Assembly (NCBI GenBank): GCA_002633005.1
Contig: NMRA01000222.1
Location: forward strand, 463,635 to 527,634
Direction of reading: 5' to 3'
DNA from: Phoronis australis
Taxonomy: Eukaryota; Animalia; Phoronida
Length of the DNA: 64,000 nucleotides
A model generated the notes under the pieces. That model did no database searches, had not been told where the DNA came from, and saw nothing but the letters and a program-made list of their open reading frames with translations. A program made the translations under genes and the position numbers. Shown piece by piece: positions 13,301 to 25,316 of the stretch. Every line of letters begins with the position of its first letter. The first letter of the stretch is position 1.

Positions 13301-16300
13301 AGCCCATAGCTCATGTCTGTGTCAAAACGAGCTGCGAAGATGCATTTGCCTCGCGAGGCGGTGAGGAAAATATCTTACCGTCTTTACTGGGGCCAGTAGA
13401 GACGGTGGCACTGTCTAAAGTGCGCGTTGACTAAGAGCAGAAGCGATGGTCGTTTAAGAATTAAAAGTACGCGTAGATTAAGCAAAAGTACGCGTAGATT
13501 AAGCACATTTCTACGCGCAGAAAGCTTCTCGATTAAGCACCCTTTGGCGCTCCATAGTTTAGTGTAAATCCGCGCAGCATGCAGGCGAAGCGAGCAAAAG
13601 GTGAGCACAGACGAGTACCTGAGAGTTGGGACCCGTTCCAAGAAATCGATTCAAGTCCATTTGTCTTATTTTCCAAACTTTGAAACTTACAGATCCGGTA
13701 AGTTAGTCAAAACGCTCACTGGCCTGTTAATTACTTACGTTCGCAATAAATGACGTAAACTTCGTATACACGGTGTTAGAGAGAACCAGCGAGAGATTGT
13801 TTGTTGTCAGGTGATGGAATAGTTAATTTTCATTGGCTACCATCATTGGGAACTTGAGAGAACATTAGGTAAAAAATCAGTCTCCAGTTTGCCCCTCCCT
13901 CACCGCCAGCACATTGGCGACCCTGCCTTGGAACGCGAACTCTTTCTTCGTAGCAAATTGTTGCCATTGTTACACTAAAACCACTTACTATGAACTTTCT
14001 TTGCAAACGTCGAAGATTGTAAATTCCGCAATAAGTAAAAACTTGAGCAGAGCTCAATGAGCACACGGTGGCGCTCTAACCTGTACATGTACGAACCAGA
14101 CCGTTCACTTAAAATATTATATAAAATAGAATTTTGTAAACATTGAAATGGTCTGATTTCCCATGCTTTCAGTAGAGCCTTGCTTGTATGGCGAGCTCAA
14201 ATATCAATAATGACTAGACAAATTTTTGATACCAACACAATACAATGTAAACTTTCATGTTTGTACATGTATTCAGCCCTAGCGGGCTCGCGTGAATAAC
14301 ATTATCTAACGTACAGTGCTTCTCCCATAAGCATAGACACGTGAGGATTTTAAAAGCTCAAAAAGTATACGTAGAAATTTCATTTTGTTTGAGAATGAAT
14401 GTTATTTGCTCGCTTTTTCGTCATTGTAACAGGATTGACGTAAAACAAATGCGATTTCAACAAAATAGAACGCCAGTGTATTTTACTATTTATACACAGT
14501 TTTCTGCTCTCTACGACACGCAAACTTCAATTGGCATAAATCCGCCAACTAAACTTTCGCCTCACCTGGCGTAAAAATTGGCAAAAATTAATAGCTCAAC
14601 TAATTTAAGTTTGGCAATTCTTCAACATTATTTTCAGCAAGTTACGTCATGAAATGAGTTGCAATCATAATGCCAAAATTTAAACTTTCAGGGGCCAGAT
14701 GTCGCTGCTGTTCCTTTTCGAGCATCGGAAACTATGCGCTCACATCAAAAATCAAGATATGTTTGGATCTAAAAATAGTGTTGACACTGAGCAATTGTTA
14801 AGTCAAAACAGGAAAAGAATTTCGGATGTGAAGTGTGTTTGCAATTATCATTTCGAGTTTCCATCTGTTCACGTTATATTCGCTGTTCTTCGTTAATACG
14901 TGCAACGATTTCACAAGCACGTTGATGTTTTGCTGCTCTGCCTGAAGTGGTATATCTCAAGTGATGGTGCGATGACCCAAGTGGAAATTTTCTTCTGAAA
15001 ACCGTGCCATGCTTACATGTGAACTGCTCCAAGAGATTTCTGGCGGAATGTTTCGACACATCATCAGATCGGTGTCGAATCGTCCCGTGGTGCCGTTCAA
15101 CTAAGCCAACGCACCCGCGTGTTTACTACAGCGCCACAGAAGGATAATTTAACGACAGCGAGCAAGCTTTTGTTGCGAGTTCAAGTCGGGCAGTGCCCCA
15201 TAGGTTACTCACACATATTTTTAAACTGTAAAGACGTACTACTATACGACAACGCCCTCTCTACAAACTCAAGACTGTCGTATACGATTTCTTTACAGTC
15301 GCGTAATAACTGGGAGGGGGGTGCACCGTATTTGGCTGTGGGGGCTATAGCCCTCTACTTATTTCAGCGTTTCGTTGCCTATGGACATGGGCGGCGCACC
15401 ATAGGGGGCTGGGGTGGGTTTTAGCTCCCCACGTATTTCAGTGTAGCGCCGCCCATGTGCTATTGAGCGATAAACAAGACCGTGTTAAGTACATGTAATT
15501 GTGGGACCCAGGACACAAAAAAACAGATAGTTTCGTGTACGGTCCGCAAACATTAACAGGTGGCCGGATCTGCAAACACAAACCGGTCGTCGATAGGTAA
15601 CTACCCCTACTCTACTAGCGCCAGCTATGAACATCCATTCTGCTAATACGCGGTTGATATTGTTTTTGTGGTGCAAATGGTTTGTTCTTCAAAATGTCTA
15701 GAATAAAAAAATGAGTGAGTGATTTACAGTACCAACCCCCCGAAAACCGTTTTCAACCAATATTTTTGCAATGTCAAATGTCATATGTACGCACTGTTAA
15801 GAGTCAGCCAAGGAAACTTGGCTTCATGAATATTGAAAAAGCATGGTGATTTTAACAAATAGCATTGTCAGACAACCTGCTAGATATACATTTTGGCACC
15901 TCAATAGGTGCTAAAATCGACCAATATCATATTCCTGGGATGGTCAGGGCAGCAAGTAAAAAATTCAGTCACTCTTAGATATTTTCCAATCTTCAGGGAC
16001 AAAACACGAGTGTAAAATTACGACGTAAAATTACGAGCAAAAATAGGAGCATGATCTCATTGGATATAATGATTATGGTCGTAAAACACGAGTCTCGCTC
16101 GCAATTACTCGGAGCATAATTACGGGTGACACATTCACCCGAACGCCCCACGATATCCGTGAGCAGTGGGCGGGTAACGTGAGCTAAATTTCTTTGAGGC
16201 ACACACTTCATACTCGTAAGCTTTCTGTCTTCGTTGGCCCTTACAGCATGCGTCGCTCTGAGCCAACGTTGGGGGCATGCAGAGTCAACCATGAAGTTCT

Positions 16301-17150
16301 GCGTAATGCAGTATTATGATCAAAAAGGTTTTCATACTTCCATTGAGCACTCTGAGAACACATACAATTCATCTTGAATGTATGTCTTTCAGCCTACCGA
16401 ATGCCGCTCATTGCTGCGACAACCTGCTGCGCTTCAATGACGCAGAGTGGACGCGTGAGGAAACGGCCCAGCGTAACGGGGCGGTCAAACTCGTAAACCT
16501 GACCGCCACGATTAACTGAACGCTGGGTTGCTGCAGCGATAAGGCACTCGCGTTGACATAGAACAGCTAGCGCGTTCAATAGATTAGTAACTTGCGCATG
16601 TGTGTTACAATAGCCTGGGTATTATTTAATATGTACAAGGTATTCAGCTATGAATACACATTACGTACCAATACCTACAAGAACAATTTCCAATATTTGA
16701 CAGCCACAAAAGCGTTCTTGAGTAATGGTTACGATGCGTAATTTCACGATGCCCCAACACAGCTTTAGAAGAGCGTAAAACAAACACTATTAAAAGATCG
16801 CGAATACTTACCTCGTAAGCACTGGTCACCTCCAAACGAAAAAATACGGGAATGAATACGTGGGCGGAAAAGAATACAACAAAGATGTAGGATACTATGA
16901 TCCATATGTACATCATTCCGAACGTATAGGTCTCAGCCGGTGTACCCAGTAAAGTGATGGCAGACATGAAGCTTGCTAACAGCGACAACGACACGGGGAA
17001 GACATTCATTTTACGATCAGCCATCAGGAACTCCTTGGTTGTCTTCTGTTTGCCACCTGAGCAGGCATAGAACACGCCAATTCCAGCTGAAATGACCAGC
17101 ATGACGCTGAAAATGACATAGTCCAACGCGACAAACTTATTTTCTGCCAT
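1187..17150 (-). CDS. SLC5A8: Sodium-coupled monocarboxylate transporter, SLC5A8/SLC5A12/SLC5A5-6 subfamily; spliced, 3'-partial. Exons: 17150-16812, 13165-13100, 10162-10043, 6752-6598 (or duplicate 6315-6161), 5866-5714, 5220-5091, 3597-3509, 1560-1445, 1341-1187
   Basis: All junctions are GT-AG with matching phases, giving 1323 nt / 441 aa. SSF motifs: [87 protein letters not shown]. The symbol denotes closest subfamily, not proven orthology. No further exon found in 1-1186. Confidence 0.95.
1445..1560 (-). CDS. SLC5A8: SLC5A8-like exon 8 (116 nt, [19 protein letters not shown]...LVSKIL)
   Basis: Acceptor TTTTCTTTAG, donor G|GTAAGT; S-T-I-S-S Na2-site helix. Confidence 0.94.
1935..2378 (-). 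mobile_element. IS3EU-type transposase N-terminal fragment (truncated) in SLC5 intron 7
   Basis: [34 protein letters not shown]...GQQYGYR...[28 protein letters not shown] fits the IS3EU HTH / GYR / DP-GV-R-RR pattern; catalytic core absent. Confidence 0.75.
3509..3597 (-). CDS. SLC5A8: SLC5A8-like exon 7 (89 nt, [29 protein letters not shown])
   Basis: Acceptor TCTAATTTTAG, donor AG|GTAAGT. Confidence 0.94.
5091..5220 (-). CDS. SLC5A8: SLC5A8-like exon 6 (130 nt, AMWINLPGL...[17 protein letters not shown])
   Basis: Acceptor CTCTTTACAG, donor CAG|GTATGA; CDP motif. Confidence 0.94.
5714..5866 (-). CDS. SLC5A8: SLC5A8-like exon 5 (153 nt, [22 protein letters not shown]...[21 protein letters not shown])
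   Basis: Acceptor CTTTTTTTAG, donor AT|GTGAGT; phase 2 to 2. Confidence 0.94.
6161..6315 (-). CDS. SLC5A8: SLC5A8-like exon 4, copy B (only one copy can be used in frame)
   Basis: Same 155-nt exon and splice sites; including both copies would frameshift. Confidence 0.75.
6598..6752 (-). CDS. SLC5A8: SLC5A8-like exon 4, copy A (155 nt, [13 protein letters not shown]...SGRIDFY)
   Basis: Acceptor CTCTTACAG, donor AA|GTAGGA; apparently identical to 6161-6315. Confidence 0.85.
6964..7025. repeat. Perfect 31-bp tandem duplication TGGGTATCAAATTCAATTGCGCGACATCTGG x2
   Basis: Direct reading. Confidence 0.9.
7199..7241. repeat. Perfect palindrome, 21-bp arms with 1-nt spacer
   Basis: GCGTACCGACCAAGTCAATCA-C-TGATTGACTTGGTCGGTACGC. 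Confidence 0.92.
7619..7753. mobile_element. Palindromic MITE nested in an older inverted-repeat element (about 7522-7811); second copy at 32784-32902
   Basis: TIRs TTCAGTAACGATAGGACCT / AGGTCCCAGCGTTACTGAA; outer repeats GAACTGACAGTTCG / CGAACTGTCAGTTC. Confidence 0.7.
10043..10162 (-). CDS. SLC5A8: SLC5A8-like exon 3 (120 nt, [40 protein letters not shown])
   Basis: Acceptor CATTTTAG, donor CTG|GTAAGT; LYAPALAL motif. Confidence 0.94.
10536..12479 (-). mobile_element. Non-autonomous Helentron-type (HINE-like) element with internal degenerate tandem repeats; contains a 49-N gap (11416-11464)
   Basis: End AACAAGAG, hairpin CAACGC-GGG-GCGTTG (10544-10558), subterminal ATGCGCCC roughly matched by GGGACGCAT at 12467-12475; repeated units with CCACTAGRKGG and AGAGGCAAACGTAAAA. 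Confidence 0.6.
13100..13165 (-). CDS. SLC5A8: SLC5A8-like exon 2 (66 nt, [22 protein letters not shown])
   Basis: Acceptor TTTATTTCTAG, donor ATG|GTAAGA. Confidence 0.93.
15311..15457. mobile_element. Tandem pair of about 70-bp mini-MITEs (CATGGGCGGCGC...GCGCCGCCCATG)
   Basis: Complete unit 15386-15457 with 12-bp TIR; degenerate unit immediately upstream; same family at 17747-17888. Confidence 0.65.
16812..17150 (-). CDS. SLC5A8: SLC5A8-like exon 1 (339 nt, [14 protein letters not shown]...VTSAYE)
   Basis: ATG at 17150; donor GAG|GTAAGT; phase 0. Confidence 0.95.
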
Positions 17151-17203
17151 AGCCGATATCAGTCTTTCTCCGGTTGCACAAGGAACAACAGAGCCCAGTT
17201 TGC

Positions 17204-17304
17204 AGAATGCTATCTGCTGAGGTTCAGCTCTAATACGATTATATGCTGGCCAGACACAAGGACGCGTGTTGTTTACACACAGGGGTCAACTCGAAATGAC
17301 GTCA
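17204..17304 (-). promoter_or_regulatory. Candidate proximal promoter of the SLC5 gene
   Basis: TATA-like ATATAA (17244-17239), Inr-like GCATTC near 17208, palindromic CRE TGACGTCA at 17297-17304, all within about 150 bp of the ATG. Motif-only evidence. Confidence 0.35.
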
Positions 17305-17746
17305 ACAAGTCCGTCATCGAAAATTGTAAATGCGTGATACTGGTCAGTCCGTGAGACTGGTGCCCAGGAAGGGTGCATATCACGATACCCCCATAAGAAC
17401 ACGCACGTTAGCCAGGGTTCGACTACACCTTCATTGTGTGCATTGGGTGGGGGAGTTCCAAACACAAGCTACCCTATATTGAAATAAGACCAAGTAGCGT
17501 TGAGTGTGAATGGGGACTTTAGAGTGCCTTTTTATTGTTTAGTGTTCGGCAAGACAATTCTCCAACAACTACTTGTACATTAGCCTAATGTTGAACTCGG
17601 GCCTGAGCGTGGGATTGGATGCTCAACGTAGGCCTACACCGAGAGACCGAAATTCAAAACTCAGAGATGTCAAGTGCAGCGGCGTCAGTGCTCTAATGAT
17701 GTTGAAACAAACTAAGCGCGTGAAATTAACGAAAAACCCGCTGTGG

Positions 17747-17888
17747 CACGGGCGGCGCACCATAGGGGGCTGGGGGGCTATAGCTCCACTTTTTTCAATG
17801 CTACGCCGCCCATGGTCTATGGGCGGTGCACCACGTCAGGGGGGCTGGAGGGCTATAGCCCCCTACTTTTTTCAGTGCTACGCCCATG
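17747..17888. mobile_element. Tandem pair of about 70-bp mini-MITEs upstream of the SLC5 gene
   Basis: Units 17747-17814 and 17818-17888 with (C/T)A(C/T)GGGCGG...CGCCCATG ends; flanks TGTGG / TGTGC. Confidence 0.65.
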
Positions 17889-18839
17889 TGTGCACTTTAC
17901 CAATGTACAAAAGCAGTGCCACGTTAAAGTTAACAAACCCTTGTTTTTACCACTTGATTTTGATCAATTTTGAATTGAATCTACTGAGGTCAGTTTTTAC
18001 TACTGGTTTTGCAAAGTTTTGAATTTTCAACGAACACTTCTATTTTCAAAGTGGCATGAACACGTGCTTTATAATTTAGGCCCTATGTGTCGTTAAAATT
18101 GGTTTCAAATTGTTTCTTAGTCAAACTAAGTTCAGGGCTCGGAAAGACCTGACAGTCCCTTAAGCTTCTTCAGACGAAGCTCATAAAATTTTCTCGAGCG
18201 ATCACTAAGCTGAGCAAGGGACAAGACAAGACCCCAGTTTTGTAACGGGCCAAAATGTTTTTGACAGAAAGTAAGAGTTTAATGCCGCTTCAATCGACCG
18301 GCAAAATAAATTTAGTTGACGAACTAAGTGATCTTACGACAATGCCAATGGGGTGAAAATTTTCATGAACCACCATAAGGACGGCGAACACAGGAGACGT
18401 GCCTTTGGAGATTTTTTGAACATGGGTCAAAGCTTCGACTTGCATCACACACAGAAATTCGGTTTGCTTTGAGTTTTATTACCCTCATTAGCCAAACTCC
18501 GGCAACTGTAAGCGGGCTCAACACGGTTATGACCAACAACAGTTGATTAAAAAATGCTTGTTCTCACGCGCAGCGTCCGGCGTTAAGAAAACGCTCAATT
18601 CGCAATTGGTGAGTTGGGTAAAATCTCAGCGCGCCATTTCGAAATTGAGGTCGCCAAATTTTAGTACCGCGGATGTCCAATAGTTCTCTCTTGCGATAGG
18701 GCCATTGTGATGCTTACACTGCCGACCATGTCTGATAGGTTACGCAAAAAAAATCGGCAAAGAAACGCGGCTCGCCAGCATTTTCGCTCCTGTGCTATTC
18801 TCTCCTTCATGCAACTGTTTTGTTCCCCCGCGGCCATTA

Positions 18840-19232
18840 CCAGGGATTTTACATAGGTAAGCCCACCAGATGAAACGCCCATGGGCGTTTATTTGGTGTT
18901 ACAACTTCTAGTATCAAGTGTCCACTGAGATAGTGGGGCGTTTATTCGGAAATTTCCTCTTAACAACCCACTCAGAGTCAACTTTTAGTCAAAAATTCAC
19001 TTTTCTGGATCATTTATTGTTTATTAAAACGAACCAAAAGTTTTTAAACTATGCATTTATTAACATAAAATAAAAAACAGAGTTTCAGGAAAATTGTCAA
19101 GCTATGACTTTCCGTTTACACAACCCCCTTTTCCGAATAAACACCAGGGCGTTTATTTGGTGCTACTAAAAACGCCTGAAATTTTTCATTTTCCGAATAC
19201 ACGCCCATGGGCTTATCTACGTAAAATCCCGG
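18840..19232. mobile_element. Tc1/mariner (pogo-like) MITE with TA target duplication
   Basis: TA|CCAGGGATTTTACATAGGTAAGCCC ... GGGCTTATCTACGTAAAATCCCGG|TA; internal GGGCGTTTATT repeats; related fragment at about 23792-23915. Confidence 0.75.
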
Positions 19233-22200
19233 TATCTCCCGGTCGCCCTAATAGCCTCCACTTTTGCCCCTGTGGTCATTATTATCTCCTCCTCCTCCCG
19301 ATCGCGAGTCCTCCGGCCTACTTTTCCCTCCGCCGGCTTTAATTTTGTCTCTGGGCGCCCTATTAGCCGCAGGATTTGGTACCAATCCTTTGCCATAAAC
19401 CGGGCGCCGCATATTCTTTTCGCGCCAGTGTCATGAAAAGCATTCAAGGAAGCCATAGTCGCTCAAATCCCACTGCCGAAGTTCACGACCTCTAGAGAGT
19501 CGCTCGCCTGTGTAGAAGGTGCTGTTTGAGGGTATTTTTTCCGAGCGCCTGAGTGACTAAAGTTGAACGGCGCTGAGCGCTTTTCACGTTTTGTTTTTGT
19601 TTTACAAGTATGTAAACGGCATTGTCGAAAACTTGCGTTTGGCGAGTTGAGCAATGAAAAACTGAAGTCGCATTTGGCGAGTAAGTCTCGTGCTGAGGTC
19701 GCCAACGGCAATTTCAGCTCGCTAAATCGGACCCGGCTGGGGTTTACCAACAAGGCATCTCTGGTAAAATATGAAATTTACATGGGCCACTGAAAAGCAA
19801 CCTCTAATAAAGCTAACTATTCAAATCCTTTTTACACGAAATCCTTTTGTTGCACGATGAAACCTTTTATGTTTTACCGACTTTTAAGTATATTTCCTTG
19901 TTAGTACTGGTCTCCATACGTCAGTGTGAACAAAGATTTTTTCCAGTTTTATTGAGTATCTCGAATTTTAACGCTTTGCCATTTTCACAAAAGTTATACT
20001 TTCTAAGTCTTATTTTTTGCCCCGCATGTTTTTAGTGTAATACGGAAACACTAGGTGTCACTGTGAATACAGTGTGTGCCACTACTATGACGCCAGTAGG
20101 ACCCATAAACAGCAATAGAAATGCGCAGCCACGTTACACTTGCAGATCTTGATCTTTTCCCATTCAGGTAGCTACAGGGTCATTTTAGCATTTTTATCTT
20201 AAGTGTTTGAATTAATCGATGTGCGCCGACGACGGTTGTAACCCATTGTCTACCGAAGACTGACTGGGTTAGATTCGACCATAGGCCGGCAGTGCTTAGT
20301 AATTTGCAGTGCTACGTGAACCTGGCCTAATTATTATTCTGGTTTTCAGTTTTGACATTTTAGTTCTATTTGAGTAGGCCCGAAACGTCAAAATGACGGC
20401 ATGCTAAGCAATCCATTTTCACCAAGTCACACGAGAATGGGGGATGCGCACGATCTCAAAAGAGCGCCATTTTGAAGATCACATATACCTATATGTATTT
20501 GACTGGATGCGACAATGTTACGTTGTCGGGATTATGAAATAATTTTAGTAGATGTAAACGAATTGAAACGAGATGTGCCTTCTTCTGTTCAAATTAGCAT
20601 AAAACTTCGTGTGTTCTCCCGAGACATCTCAGTTGACCGTAATTGGTAACAGAATTGTAAAACTTGACGACTCGTAAAAACAATCGCAATACAAAATTAA
20701 ATGGTTTTTTGAAATCAGTCCAATAAATCCGACGATGCCTGGCAACAGACTACCTTGCGGGGTTTTTTTTGCAGACTGCATTGATCAAGTCAGCTTGGAT
20801 ATCCTCTGATCGACCATAATAAAACAAAAATATTTGGTTTGTATCAGATGTGACTTTACTTACGTTTCGTTAAATAATACTAATCTATGAAAGTAAATCC
20901 GTTTATCTTAAACAGGACAAAGGGGCGGGACACACGCGGTGACATTGGGCAAACAAAACGTCAACAAAAACTAACAGTGCTCATGTTCACAGACTGAAAC
21001 ACTAAGATGACTCGATCGTAAAGACCTGTCGTGGAGTATCGTGACCCAGTGACTAGGTCACTGAGCGACGGTGGGACGCTAGGCCTCAATGATCGTAACC
21101 AACTTTCCCCAAGCAAAATTCACTTCAAAACGCATAAAAATGTAACTATATAATTGATAACAAGCAAGCACGCCCACGAGGCACCATTCTGAAAATTTGT
21201 GTTGTAATATAGTTTCGATGTTAGTTTTAAGATAAGTCACTCAGCCGGGCGTGTGTTTGCAAACGTTCATTCCAGTCGCAGCCAGCTTTTATTGTAATGG
21301 CTAGTAGAGGAAAATGTATATCAAAAACACAAAAATGTTCGATAAGAACCGAAATCAATCACAAATGTTCGGAAATAAATGGTGGCCATCATTGTGAAAT
21401 GAAAGCAGCTGGTTTGCTGCGAATCATCCGGGGATTCCCCCTGCGAAATGTAACTGGTCGTATGGTTTTCAGAGTTATCAAAAGATGTCACTCGACGTGC
21501 ATTGGGTAAGCTGTCTTTGTTCAACGGCTGGGGTGAAATGAGTGAATTGACCGTATTTTTACACTGAAAATGATTAAGGGCCTAACGCAAAATAATGAGA
21601 ATCGACCGATGAAGGGCTTTTGGCAATGAAGAGGGCGAAGCGTCATTCACATCATTCGTTCTTTACGTTGAAGGCGTCCATTTGACGTCTGGGTTTACCC
21701 AACTACATGCTTGACGGAGCACTTATGGAGTGGACTCGAAAAAGGGAACCACTTGCAGGGAGTTTCTATGAAAGAGTCACGTCTTCTAAGTTATGCTCCA
21801 GGAACACCTTAAACTCAATCTTTTCGCAGAGGATTCTAAAATAGACTGAAAAAGAAGGAGAGGATTTTTTAAAAAAACAAGAAAAGTTTTAACGTATAAA
21901 TAATATTAAGAAAAACCAGTGTATGTTTTATTTGAAAAAAGAATATTTGGTTCGAAGCTCCAACACTGTGCACCTCAAAAGCTGATATCCACCCTACCGT
22001 AATAGCGTGCAAATCAAACAATGGGGCGACTTTCACACACCGTTCTTCCCATTTTTGGGTTAGTCCTTCCCCCAGGTAATCAAAGCGTCATATTGAATGT
22101 TAATGCTTGGTTTTACCAGGGGATGTTTCACTGACATAAAAAGACATTTTTGTCACCTCTCGGGAGAAAACCAGGCATTTTTTATGCTTAAATCCGGCCT

Positions 22201-22954
22201 CTGTTTCCAAATACACACGTGCGAACAAGGCAGTTACGGTAGGTGTTAAGGCTGCTTGGTTTTCTATGTTACTCTTCCAAATTTTTTTACAAAGATTTTC
22301 TACAGTAGAGTTTAAAGTTACTAATGGTTAAATATGCGTATAAAGCATTTGTCTTTCGTTTTTATGAATTTTTTGCGTTTTTGATGTTTTTACAAAACAC
22401 GCCATCTTGTCAGTAAGCCACTTGAGATCGAAATCACGAAAATCCAAAACTTACATAGAAACCTTGGAATGGAAATTAAGTTCATTTACCGAGTAGAACG
22501 CGTTTGAAGTTGTGCAGTCGTGTCTTGTCTTTTCCGATACAATTTCACGGAAACCGCGTTATCAAAAGTATACGATCTCCGTGTATGTATTGAATGACTA
22601 AGGAATGGCGTGTTCCACCTTGAAATACATGACTTAACTTGTGAACAGCGTTATTTTGCACATTTTTCACAACTGGCAACTGCTCAATTTCACCAAAACA
22701 AATATGAGTGACCCGGCCATGGGGGAAGCTTCCATGGCCTATTGTTGGTAACCACAAAGGCGAGACTGAGCGATTGCGATAACACGGCAATTTGTGGTTA
22801 CGTATCCTGCGTTCTTTCGGGCATCGGCAAAACAAAACTCAAAAAAGATCAAGAGAAGGAAATCGCGGATATGAAAAGGACACACTGCTAAAAACTCCCC
22901 CCCCCTTACATTCTTTTAAGTTAGACTAACCCAACAATACTTGTGGGTATTTAG

Positions 22955-25316
22955 CAGTGGCGGATCTACGGGGGGGGGGTTCAGGGGGTATAACCCCCCC
23001 TCGGGCCAGGACCCAAAAAACTTGTGTAAACCCCAAGTAAACCAACTTGGAAAATTTTGAGGGGGGGGGGTTCACTCTGAAAATATAGTTTTTTGCATTG
23101 TGAATTGCTGAGTCTTTGTGGCTCATCGGCAAAACGGGAGGGGATTTATTGTGCGCGCGCTTCCGTCGACACTTCTGAAGTAGCCAATCATTTTAGATGG
23201 ATTCACCCCTGAAAGAGCAGTTCTATAGCTGATTTCTTTAGGTAACTAGCTTCTTTACTCTAAGATATATTTTGATTTGATTAGGGGAAATACTGCGGTG
23301 CCGCAACCCTGATATTCAGGCGAATTGACGTGCAATGTTTTTACCTTCTCTGTCATGCCGTGCCATTCTATTACACTCCACACGTTTGTTTGTAACTGAT
23401 GTACAGTAAAGTTGTCTTGCGCAATATCATACAGTGTACATGTACATGTACATGTAATATTGTGTACATGTACATGTAATATTTTTGAAAAAAAAATCTT
23501 TTTCCGAAGAATTGCTATTGTGGCGGGCGCTGTGGTCTGGTCGCGAGTCCGTTTGAAGACACACTCTATAACAAGTTATGTCTATAAAAGGAATGACCAA
23601 GGAGGCACTCACATTGAGAAAGTGACCGCATTCGCGAAAAGTGTACAGTACCAGAAATTGCGGGGAGGCTGTTCTTTCACAACAAAGTCTTGCGGGACTC
23701 GTGCGATGTTCAATAGGCCTCCTAAGGAGCCCTAGTTCCGACCTCAACACCTACCGTCTGTCTACCTGCAATAAGCACACTGCCGTCTTCTATACTGGGA
23801 ATTTCCGCAGAAAGGCTCACCCGATGAAACGCTCATGCCCATGGGCATTTATTTGATATTAGTACTTCGGGTTTCAAGCGTTCAGACATTGGGACGTTTA
23901 TTTCGAAAATTGCAAGAGATGCAAATAGGTCCTGGGATGCTTCGTCAAGGTTTGAAGTAGTCCATGATGAACGGATCAAATTTAGTTGCGCATGTAAGTC
24001 TTTTGAATGGACTTGGCAACCTCAAGGGTCTTAGTGTCAACTGAGCTGCGAAACGAGATGCTGACATTGTAGAGGCTTACAAGCTCATTGACACAGCAGT
24101 TGACGAAGTGCAAGCGTTGGGAACAAACATCGAAGATATCTGGGTAGAATGGTTCCAAGACGAGCAAATCATTGGATCCGATATACAAATTCCTCGGCAG
24201 TCTAGACAACAGAAGGATAGGACTAACGTATGAGTAACCACTGGGGATTAAAATTTTAGAGAGAAGTTTTCAATTCAAAATTTTTTGCATAGTACACTTT
24301 AGGTCTCGCGACGGACCAGGCCAGCTTGATTTGTGTAGATGTTGAGTTTCAGTGTACTTCTGGTCCCTCGGCGAACTAGTCTTGTGATTTTTTTACCAAA
24401 GTGTGCTTTGTAAAACTATTTATCTCAGCCAGTACTGTTTGGTCCCGCGACAGATCGACTATTTTTATAGGGATAATAAGCACAGGTGTACTCTTGGTCT
24501 CGTGACGGACCAGGTCAGCTTTTTGTGTACTCTCAGTGTACATCTGGTCCCTCTGCAAACTAGTCCAGTGTATCTTTTCACCACTGTGCACAGGATGTTT
24601 TGGTTTCGTGAAACTGTTTTCAGATGATTTGTTTCCTGATAGATTTGACGTTTTTCAATTGTTGTCAACGTGATTCAGCTTAATAAAGTGATACCTAATT
24701 ATTTATTGTCGCTTTTAATAATAGACTATGAGTTGAGAGCACCATCGTTCGCCAGTTTTTCTCGTAACGAGACAGAACACATGTTTATTTCCGGACTAAC
24801 AGTAGAGGTCTTCGTTCTTAAACAACTTGAGGCTGCTGTTACGCGATCATCTGATATTCAAGTTTTTACGCCCCGTCGGTGCTCCTTAATTATGCTCTTG
24901 AATATTTGGAAATTGTCTAAACCCCTGTATACACACCACACTTTTTCGTATACGACTTTTCGTATGCTAAAAAAGGTGTGTGTAAGCAGATGTTCCAACA
25001 AAAATTTTTGCTGGTGGCGTGACTCATACCCAGATGTGCACAATATGGTTTCACGAAACTTATGTGCCAAGTTGATGTGACGAAATCGAGAAGGGTTTTT
25101 AATTAGCTTAAGAAAAACTCCAGAGACATGTTAAGTGCCAGAAACTTACCAGGGTGCATGGAAATTTCACTATTTGGCCGCAAAAACAAAAAAAATATCT
25201 TACACGGGAGGGGAAACCCCCTCCCGACCTCCCCACGCTCGGCGCCACGCGCCTAAGATTCGACCTTGGCGGGAATCCTAAACCCCACCCTTGGTGAAAA
25301 CGTAGATCCGCCACTG
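22955..25316 (+). mobile_element. Internally deleted hAT-superfamily element with perfect 16-bp TIRs
   Basis: CAGTGGCGGATCTACG (22955-22970) and CGTAGATCCGCCACTG (25301-25316); TTTAG on both flanks; internal transposase remnant. Confidence 0.88.
23925..24233 (+). pseudogene. hAT transposase remnant (THAP12/PRKRIR-ZMYM1-like)
   Basis: WDASSR / frameshift / NLVAHVSLLNGLGNLKGLSVN*AAKRDADIVEAYKLIDTAVDEVQALGTNIEDIWVEWFQ...IPRQSRQQKDRTNV fits the LSxKLQ..DI..AY...PR..RQ..R.N pattern; internal stop. Confidence 0.75.

Noticed and set aside
16644-16811. ORF-track C-terminal extension of the SLC5 first exon
   Set aside because: Read-through into intron 1 past the GTAAGT donor
23435-23480. (ACATGT)n run, and short tandem duplications at 13463-13504 and 43681-43721
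   Set aside because: Ordinary simple or slippage repeats
24290-24570. GTAC..GGTC(T/C)CG repeats as a CRISPR-like array
   Set aside because: Degenerate, irregular, and inside a transposon; consistent with subterminal repeats and a local duplication
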